A stretch of 4,723 nucleotides of DNA from a virus (Duplodnaviria > Heunggongvirae > Uroviricota > Caudoviricetes), in IMG/VR virus record IMGVR_UViG_3300029721_000076; one strand, written 5' to 3'. Of this stretch, positions 1 to 4,723 are shown in pieces. How positions within the stretch are numbered: the stretch's first letter is position 1; each line of letters begins with the position of its first letter. A program made the translations under genes and the position numbers. The notes below the pieces were generated by a model, which was not told the origin of the DNA, searched no databases, and was given only the letters and a program-made list of their open reading frames with translations.

Positions 1-135
1 CGGACTTCGGGGGAAAAACGAGTATTTTTAGTCATCCTGTTTACCTCTTTCTCAGGAAGTTTAGTCTCCAGGATTCCCGGGGCGGTTCAGTATGGCGAGA
101 ACGCAGGTTATCTGGCTGAAAGAGGGGGTAATTAA
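1..135 (+). CDS. 3' end of upstream nin-region ORF (partial, product unknown)
   Basis: Frame 1 is open from the window edge to TAA at 133-135 (…GSLVSRIPGAVQYGENAGYLAERGGN*), ending 3 nt before the rusA GTG. GAGGGGG at 122-128 would serve as the rusA RBS. An alternative 16-codon frame-2 ORF (ATG 92 to TGA 140-142, [16 protein letters not shown]) overlaps the rusA start as GTGA, so the true frame is ambiguous. Confidence 0.3.
   Translation, partial: RTSGEKRVFLVILFTSFSGSLVSRIPGAVQYGENAGYLAERGGN
65..90. repeat. Left copy of a 26-nt imperfect inverted repeat (partner 4644-4669)
   Basis: TCTCCAGGATTCCCGGGGCGGTTCAG here versus the reverse complement of 4644-4669, TCTCCAGGAAACCCGGGGCGGTTCAG: 24 of 26 identical. 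Confidence 0.7.
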
Positions 136-138
136 GGC

Positions 139-501
139 GTGAATACTTACCACATCACACTACCCTGGCCGCCGAGCAATAACCGCTACTACCGCCATAA
201 TCGAGGGCGCACGCACATCAGCGCAGAAGGGCAGGCATACCGCGATAACGTCGCCCGAATCATTAAAGGCTCAATGCTGGATATCGGTCTGGCTATGCCT
301 GTGAAAATCCGCATTGAGTGCCACATGCCGGATCGCCGTCGCCGTGACCTGGATAATCTACAAAAAGCCTCTTTTGACGCACTCACCAAAGCAGGTTTCT
401 GGCTGGATGATGCTCAGGTCGTTGATTACCGCGTTGTGAAGATGCCTGTTACCAAAGGTGGGAGGCTGGAACTGACCATCACCGAAATGGGGAATGAATG
501 A
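139..501 (+). CDS. rusA: Crossover junction endodeoxyribonuclease RusA (Holliday junction resolvase)
   Basis: 120-aa [29 protein letters not shown]…[11 protein letters not shown], recognised as the RusA family of lambdoid prophage DLP12. GTG start at 139 preceded by GAGGGGG; stop TGA at 499-501. Confidence 0.92.
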   Translation: MNTYHITLPWPPSNNRYYRHNRGRTHISAEGQAYRDNVARIIKGSMLDIGLAMPVKIRIECHMPDRRRRDLDNLQKASFDALTKAGFWLDDAQVVDYRVVKMPVTKGGRLELTITEMGNE

Positions 502-638
502 TGTTTGAGTTTTATATGGCAGAACTTCTTCGCCACCGCTGGGGGCATCTGCGCTTATATCGTTTCCCCGGTTCTGTTTTGACCGATTACCGAATACTGA
601 AGAATTACGCCAAAACCCTGACAGGAGCAGGAGTATGA
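498..638 (+). CDS. ylcG: Small DLP12-type prophage protein YlcG (46 aa)
   Basis: ORF not in the supplied track (below its length cutoff). ATGATG at 498-503 overlaps the rusA stop (ATGA). Translation [46 protein letters not shown], stop TGA at 636-638. Position between rusA and Q matches the known ylcG locus. Confidence 0.5.
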   Translation: MMFEFYMAELLRHRWGHLRLYRFPGSVLTDYRILKNYAKTLTGAGV

Positions 639-723
639 AGTCAGAGATAACAATCAACTAATACTGTTTTGTTGATTTTTGCTTGTAATTGGCGTTCTGG
701 TCTGATTTTTGTGGAGTAAGTTG

Positions 724-1107
724 ATGCGTGATATTCAGATGGTTCTTGAGCGTTGGGGAGCGTGGGCGGCTAATAATCATGAAGATGTGACCTGGTCGTC
801 CATTGCCGCCGGTTTTAAGGGATTAATTCCTTCAAAAGTAAAATCTCGCCCGCAATGTTGTGACGATGACGCTATGATCATTTGCGGGTGCATGGCCCGT
901 CTGAAAAAGAACAACAGCGATTTGCACGATTTATTAGTAGATTATTATGTAGTCGGTATGACATTCATGTCACTGGCAGGTAAGCATTGCTGCTCTGATG
1001 GTTATATCGGGAAAAGGTTACAGAAGGCTGAGGGCATAATTGAAGGGATGTTAATGGCATTAGATATCCAGTTAGAGATGGATATCGTTGTTAATAACTC
1101 TAATTAA
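724..1107 (+). CDS. quuD: Late-gene antiterminator Q (phage 82-type)
   Basis: [27 protein letters not shown]…[14 protein letters not shown] (127 aa from ATG 724), recognised as 82-type Q / QuuD. GGAG at 713-716 lies 7 nt upstream of ATG 724. The track's 709 start is a TTG and less likely. Stop TAA at 1105-1107. Confidence 0.9.
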   Translation: MRDIQMVLERWGAWAANNHEDVTWSSIAAGFKGLIPSKVKSRPQCCDDDAMIICGCMARLKKNNSDLHDLLVDYYVVGMTFMSLAGKHCCSDGYIGKRLQKAEGIIEGMLMALDIQLEMDIVVNNSN

Positions 1108-1124
1108 TATGCCAATTGTTTACT

Positions 1125-1158
1125 AAAAATTATTAAAAATGGGGCGTTGAGACGCCCC
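1125..1158 (-). terminator. Candidate intrinsic terminator for the nmpC transcript
   Basis: Stem GGGGCG (1141-1146) / CGCCCC (1153-1158) with 6-nt loop. On the minus strand it is followed by ATTTTTAATAATTTTT (complement of 1125-1140). About 140 nt downstream of the nmpC stop. Confidence 0.4.
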
Positions 1159-1246
1159 CAAAAATAAAGGGTAATATATAACAGAAGGTTTATATAGTTA
1201 GAAGCAAGGTTGTGCTTCTAAAGGAAGTGGCTTGAGGGAGCCACTT

Positions 1247-1288
1247 ATATGTTGGGGAGGCAACGCCTCCCGCAACATATCTTTTTCG
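1247..1288 (+). terminator. Candidate intrinsic terminator downstream of Q (possible tR'-like)
   Basis: Long imperfect hairpin: 1247-1260 pairs with 1266-1280 (about 14 bp, one bulged G, 5-nt loop caacg, GC-rich core GGGGAGG/CCTCCC), followed immediately by CTTTTTCG at 1281-1288 on the + strand. No U-tract on the minus strand. Confidence 0.55.
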
Positions 1289-1296
1289 TAATCAGA

Positions 1297-2379
1297 TTAG
1301 AACTGGTAAACCAGACCTACAGCGACGATGTCGTCGGTATCAATATCAGCTGTTTTGGTAAACTTACTATCGTCAATTAAGTTGATTTTGTAATCAACAA
1401 AAGTGGACATGTTTTTATTAAAGTAGTAAGTAGCACCGACATCGACATACTTGACTAAGTCTCGGTCACCATGAACACCAAGGTCTTTACCTTTTGACTG
1501 AAGGTAAGCAACAGATGGGCGCAGACCGAAGTCAAACTGATATTGTGCTACTGCTTCAAAGTTTTGTGCTTTGTTTGCAATATGGTTATTACCAAAAACG
1601 GTCATATTCTGAGTTTCAGAATATGTGGTAGCCAGATAGATATTGTTCGCATCATATTTCAGGCCTGCAGCCCATACTTCCGCATTTTTGCCGGAGGCAT
1701 TGAATTTGCTCTTACCATAGGCGACCTGACCGTCAGTGCGATCTGATTTAGCATAGGTTGCACCCACGCCGAATCCTTCATACTCATAAGTAGTGGAGAA
1801 ACCGAAACCATCACCATTGGCTTCAGTTACGTCAGTGCGGTCATTTTTACCCTGATACTGAGCAGCAAAGTTCAGGCCATCGACCAGACCAAAGAAGTCG
1901 TTGTTACGATAAGTTGCAACACCAGTAGTGCGACCAGTCATGAACACATCTGTTTGGGTCCAGGTATCACCACCGAATTCTGGCAGAACGTCAGTCCACG
2001 CACCGATGTCGTATGCTACACCGTAGTTACGGCCGTAATCGATTGAGCCGTAATCACCAAATTTCAGGCCTGCAAATGCAAGACGGGTTTTGTCTTTGGA
2101 AGAACCTTGAGATTCAGCGCGGTTGCCTTTGAATTCATATTCCCACTGACCGAAACCAGTCAGTTGATCGTTGATTTGGGTTTCACCTTTGAAGCCAAGA
2201 CGGGCATAAGTAGTATCACCATCATCTGCATCATTAGAGGAGAAGTAGTGCTTAGCATTAACTTTCCCGTACAGATCCAGCTTGTTACTGTCTTTATTAT
2301 AAATTTCAGCTGCCTGAGCAGACATCGCCATCAGTACTGATGCAGCTACAGCAGAAATTGCCACTGTTAATTTTTTCAT
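1297..2379 (-). CDS. nmpC: General outer-membrane porin, NmpC/OmpD family (OmpC/OmpF/PhoE superfamily), apparently intact
   Basis: 360-aa product [23 protein letters not shown]|[17 protein letters not shown]… ending …[12 protein letters not shown]. It has a typical signal peptide, the classic porin N-terminus and a C-terminal Phe. Start ATG at 2379 (complement of CAT 2377-2379) with AAAGGG upstream. The track's longer 380-aa start adds an unlikely 20-aa extension before the signal peptide. Confidence 0.92.
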   Translation of the reverse strand: MKKLTVAISAVAASVLMAMSAQAAEIYNKDSNKLDLYGKVNAKHYFSSNDADDGDTTYARLGFKGETQINDQLTGFGQWEYEFKGNRAESQGSSKDKTRLAFAGLKFGDYGSIDYGRNYGVAYDIGAWTDVLPEFGGDTWTQTDVFMTGRTTGVATYRNNDFFGLVDGLNFAAQYQGKNDRTDVTEANGDGFGFSTTYEYEGFGVGATYAKSDRTDGQVAYGKSKFNASGKNAEVWAAGLKYDANNIYLATTYSETQNMTVFGNNHIANKAQNFEAVAQYQFDFGLRPSVAYLQSKGKDLGVHGDRDLVKYVDVGATYYFNKNMSTFVDYKINLIDDSKFTKTADIDTDDIVAVGLVYQF

Positions 2380-2470
2380 CGTGAGCCCTTTTTTTGAACT
2401 ATTATTAAAAAATGATGTCACTGCGCGATAAATATTCATCTAATCAATGTGATTATTTCAAGATGTAAGT
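2380..2470 (-). promoter_or_regulatory. Putative nmpC 5' UTR / promoter region with candidate CRP half-site
   Basis: AT-rich sequence directly upstream of the nmpC ATG. It contains AATGTGAT (TGTGA at 2449-2453), matching one CRP half-site; the second half-site is weak. No unambiguous -10/-35 pair could be fixed by eye. Confidence 0.3.
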
Positions 2471-2658
2471 TTTGGTTTCTCGTTTGATTTGTGAAGTAGA
2501 TCTCTATTTTTATCTGAACTTTTTTCTATCGAATCCTATTCATGGCTCTTGGCTGAATAAAAATAAATCTATTAGCCAATTTATATTAATGGCTGTTATT
2601 TATAAGTGCTCTATAATTTGAAGGTTTAATTTAAATCGGCTAAAAATAACGCTGGAAA

Positions 2659-2680
2659 TTATTTGTTGGTTATTTGTTGA
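2659..2680. repeat. Tandem direct repeat of an 11-mer (TTATTTGTTGG / TTATTTGTTGA)
   Basis: Two adjacent copies, 10/11 identical, inside the AT-rich ORF-free region. Confidence 0.6.
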
Positions 2681-2806
2681 GATTTGCTTATGTATTTGTA
2701 GTGGTGTTTTCAATACTCGGTAGCATTCTCGCAAATATCATTTAGTGGTTTACGTACGTAAAAAATTGGTTATGCTGTTAAGAGTGGTTACTTCGTCACA
2801 CAGCTT

Positions 2807-2840
2807 AAACCCGCCGTCGAGCGGGTTTTTCCATTTTTTG
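2807..2840 (+). terminator. Candidate intrinsic terminator upstream of the lysis cassette
   Basis: Stem AAACCCGC (2807-2814) / GCGGGTTT (2821-2828) with loop CGTCGA, followed by TTCCATTTTTTG (2829-2840). The minus-strand side has no U-tract. No + strand CDS lies upstream of it. Confidence 0.5.
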
Positions 2841-2951
2841 AGTCTCGATATTAGCTGATAACCCAATACCTGAGTTATTCACTGACTCCGAGTCTGTTAC
2901 GTTTCGTAGTATTCCCTCAATTTACACCCGCTTTGTCTGCGAGGTGGGGTT

Positions 2952-3167
2952 ATGAAATCCATGGATAAGTTAACAACGGGTGTCGCCTATGGCACCTCAG
3001 CAGGTAGTGCCGGGTACTGGTTTTTACAGCTGCTAGATAAAGTCACGCCCTCACAGTGGGCGGCAATTGGAGTGCTGGGTAGCCTGGTATTTGGCCTGCT
3101 GACGTACCTGACAAACCTTTATTTCAAGATTAAAGAAGATAAGCGCAAGGCTGCGAGAGGTGAATAA
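2952..3167 (+). CDS. essD: Class II holin (pinholin, phage 21 S-type) with dual-start motif
   Basis: 71-aa [34 protein letters not shown]…[13 protein letters not shown]. Met1 and Met4 (ATG 2952 and 2961) form the S21 antiholin/holin dual-start pattern. Two hydrophobic segments are present. RBS GAGGTGG at 2941-2947. Confidence 0.9.
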
Positions 3168-3664
3168 TGCCTCCATCATTACGAAAAGCCGTTGCTGCTG
3201 CTATTGGTGGCGGAGCAATTGCTATAGCATCAGTGTTAATTACTGGCCCAAGTGGTAACGATGGTCTGGAAGGTGTCAGCTACATACCATACAAAGATAT
3301 TGTTGGTGTATGGACTGTATGTCACGGGCATACAGGAAAAGACATCATGCTCGGTAAAACGTATACCAAAGCAGAATGCAAAGCACTCTTGAATAAAGAC
3401 CTTGCCACTGTCGCCAGACAAATTAACCCGTACATCAAAGTCGATATACCGGAAACAACGCGCGGCGCTCTTTACTCATTCGTTTACAACGTGGGTGCTG
3501 GCAATTTCAGAACATCGACGCTTCTTCGCAAAATAAACCAGGGCGATATCAAAGGCGCATGTGATCAGCTACGTCGCTGGACATATGCTGGCGGTAAGCA
3601 ATGGAAAGGTCTCATGACTCGTCGTGAGATTGAGCGTGAAATCTGTTTGTGGGGTCAGCAATGA
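3167..3664 (+). CDS. rrrD: SAR endolysin (phage 21 R-type lysozyme with N-terminal signal-arrest-release domain)
   Basis: 165-aa [42 protein letters not shown]… with a Gly/Ala-rich weakly hydrophobic N-terminal segment and a lysozyme-like body. The start overlaps the holin stop (TAATG). Confidence 0.92.
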   Translation: MPPSLRKAVAAAIGGGAIAIASVLITGPSGNDGLEGVSYIPYKDIVGVWTVCHGHTGKDIMLGKTYTKAECKALLNKDLATVARQINPYIKVDIPETTRGALYSFVYNVGAGNFRTSTLLRKINQGDIKGACDQLRRWTYAGGKQWKGLMTRREIEREICLWGQQ

Positions 3665-4122
3665 ACAGAGTAACCGCGATTATCTCCGCTCTGGTTATCT
3701 GCATCATCGTCTGCCTGTCATGGGCTGTTAATCATTACCGTGATAACGCCATTACCTACAAAGCCCAGCGCGACAAAAATGCCAGAGAACTGAAGCTGGC
3801 GAACGCGGCAATTACTGACATGCAGATGCGTCAGCGTGATGTTGCTGCGCTCGATGCAAAATACACGAAGGAGTTAGCTGATGCGAAAGCTGAAAATGAT
3901 GCTCTGCGTGATGATGTTGCCGCTGGTCGTCGTCGGTTGCACATCAAAGCAGTCTGTCAGTCAGTGCGTGAAGCCACCACCGCCTCCGGCGTGGATAATG
4001 CAGCCTCCCCCCGACTGGCAGACACCGCTGAACGGGATTATTTCACCCTCAGAGAGAGGCTGATCACTATGCAAAAACAACTGGAAGGAACCCAGAAGTA
4101 TATTAATGAGCAGTGCAGATAG
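3661..4122 (+). CDS. rzpD: Rz-type inner-membrane spanin (i-spanin)
   Basis: 153-aa product from ATG 3661 ([23 protein letters not shown]…KYINEQCR) with an N-terminal transmembrane segment followed by a charged, helix-prone region. The start overlaps the endolysin stop (ATGA). The track's 3649 start is a non-ATG extension. Confidence 0.88.
   Translation: MNRVTAIISALVICIIVCLSWAVNHYRDNAITYKAQRDKNARELKLANAAITDMQMRQRDVAALDAKYTKELADAKAENDALRDDVAAGRRRLHIKAVCQSVREATTASGVDNAASPRLADTAERDYFTLRERLITMQKQLEGTQKYINEQCR
3881..4063 (+). CDS. rzoD: Rz1-type outer-membrane lipoprotein spanin (o-spanin), embedded in rzpD
   Basis: 60-aa ORF wholly inside rzpD in another frame: [20 protein letters not shown]|TSKQ… with a lipobox (VVGC) and proline-rich mature part (PPPPPAW…PPPDW), the hallmark of Rz1. 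Confidence 0.85.
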   Translation: MRKLKMMLCVMMLPLVVVGCTSKQSVSQCVKPPPPPAWIMQPPPDWQTPLNGIISPSERG

Positions 4123-4153
4123 AGCTGCCCATATCGATGGGCAACTCATGCAA

Positions 4154-4447
4154 TTATTGTGAGCAATACACACGCGCTTCCAGCGGAGTATAAATGCCTA
4201 AAGTAATAAAACCGAGAAATCCATTTACGAATGTTTGCTGGGTTTCTGTTTTAACAACATTTTCTGCGCCGCCACAAATTTTGGCTGCATCAACAGTTTT
4301 CTCCTGTCCAATTCCCGAAACGAAGAAATGATGGGTGATGGTTTCCTTTGGTGTTACTGCTGTCGGTTTGTTTCCAACAGTAAACGTCTGTTGAGCACAT
4401 CCTGTAATAAGCATTGCCAGAGCGGCAGAAAACAACATTTTTTTCAT
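4154..4447 (-). CDS. borD: Bor family lipoprotein (serum-resistance protein, Iss homologue)
   Basis: 97-aa product from ATG 4447: MKKMLFSAALAMLITGC|AQQTFTVGNKP…EARVYCSQ with a lipoprotein signal peptide and lipobox LITGC. AGGA RBS upstream on the minus strand. The track's 113-aa version is an unlikely upstream extension. Confidence 0.9.
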   Translation of the reverse strand: MKKMLFSAALAMLITGCAQQTFTVGNKPTAVTPKETITHHFFVSGIGQEKTVDAAKICGGAENVVKTETQQTFVNGFLGFITLGIYTPLEARVYCSQ

Positions 4448-4563
4448 CTTATTATCCTGCATTGTTAAAAACGGCAGAATCCTATGTGACAACAATTAAA
4501 CGATAGTTAAATGGATTGATGAAAATTAAAACTATATAGGTGGATGCTCAGCCTATTGGAGGA

Positions 4564-4571
4564 GGGGGGGG
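4564..4571. repeat. Homopolymeric G8 tract (C8 on minus strand) in the borD upstream intergenic region
   Basis: GGAGGGGGGGGCAC read directly from the sequence; lies between the right-edge ORF stop and the borD start. Confidence 0.85.
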
Positions 4572-4604
4572 CACTCAGAATCCTGTGGAATGAAATAAAC
4601 CGCT

Positions 4605-4723
4605 CTATCTGTCCATTACCCTTTTAGCTGCGCTGTATCGTCGCTGAACCGCCCCGGGTTTCCTGGAGAGTATTTTATCTGTGAACTCAGGCTGCCAGAT
4701 CATCGTTTCCGATGGAAGCATAA
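4605..4723 (-). CDS. Partial ORF at right edge (ybcV-position gene, product unknown)
   Basis: This is the only minus-strand frame open at the edge: …MLPSETMIWQPEFTDKILSRKPGAVQRRYSAAKRVMDR*, stop TAG (complement of 4605-4607). The ATG at 4721 may be internal, so the gene probably continues beyond the window. Confidence 0.3.
   Translation of the reverse strand, partial: MLPSETMIWQPEFTDKILSRKPGAVQRRYSAAKRVMDR
4644..4669. repeat. Right copy of the 26-nt imperfect inverted repeat (partner 65-90)
   Basis: Reverse complement matches 65-90 at 24/26 positions; similarity decays outside the core. Confidence 0.7.

Noticed and set aside
358-657. 99-aa minus-strand ORF (and the 66-aa ORF at 189-389)
   Set aside because: Both lie antisense to rusA and ylcG, which have strong identities. 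No RBS or recognisable protein features; judged to be spurious antisense frames.
1108-1296. tRNA genes between Q and the downstream genes, as in Stx-type lambdoid phages
   Set aside because: No cloverleaf-compatible sequence and no GGTTCGAATCC-type T-loop motif was seen here or in 2380-2951.
1297-1320. Insertion sequence (IS5) at the 3' end of the porin gene, as in E. coli K-12 nmpC
   Set aside because: The reading frame runs uninterrupted to a canonical porin C-terminus (…VGLVYQF) and no IS-like terminal repeats or transposase ORF are present.
1543-2340. Plus-strand ORFs 1543-1746 and 2107-2340
   Set aside because: Embedded antisense within the porin gene; Cys/Phe-rich low-complexity translations typical of antisense frames.
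2773-2859. 28-codon plus-strand ORF starting at ATG 2773
   Set aside because: No RBS, it runs through the terminator hairpin, and the translation is low-complexity; more likely non-coding.
3236-3421. 61-aa minus-strand ORF inside rrrD
   Set aside because: Antisense to the well-supported endolysin gene; no start context.
4126-4143. Stem-loop TGCCCAT-ATCG-ATGGGCA between the convergent rzpD and borD ends
   Set aside because: A 7-bp stem is present but neither strand has a U-tract after it, so it does not qualify as a classical intrinsic terminator. It may still stabilise 3' ends.
3961-4173. 70-aa minus-strand ORF overlapping rzpD/rzoD
   Set aside because: Its Gly/Cys-rich translation mirrors the proline-rich Rz1 region on the other strand; an antisense artefact.
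4235-4468. 77-aa plus-strand ORF overlapping borD
   Set aside because: Antisense to borD, whose lipoprotein signal and RBS are convincing.

Overview
This window is the late-region segment of a lambdoid prophage of the DLP12 / phage 82–21 type from an E. coli-like genome. Gene order on the + strand is: 3' end of a nin-region ORF, rusA (Holliday junction resolvase), the small ORF ylcG, quuD (82-type Q antiterminator), then a minus-strand porin moron (nmpC/ompD-like, apparently intact, no IS element) followed by a ~570-bp AT-rich ORF-free region, then the lysis cassette essD (pinholin with MKSM dual start), rrrD (SAR endolysin), rzpD (Rz i-spanin) with rzoD (Rz1 o-spanin) embedded in the +1 frame, and finally minus-strand borD (Bor lipoprotein) and a partial minus-strand ORF at the right edge. 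All gene identifications rest on my recognition of the translated ORFs; no database search was possible. I see no tRNA, rRNA, CRISPR array or insertion sequence. Nothing here looks like a clearly novel multi-gene system. The unexplained signals worth follow-up are a 24/26-nt inverted repeat near both window ends, the ORF-free AT-rich region with its own + strand intrinsic terminator, a hairpin cluster with convergent terminators between Q and the porin, and a G8 tract upstream of borD.
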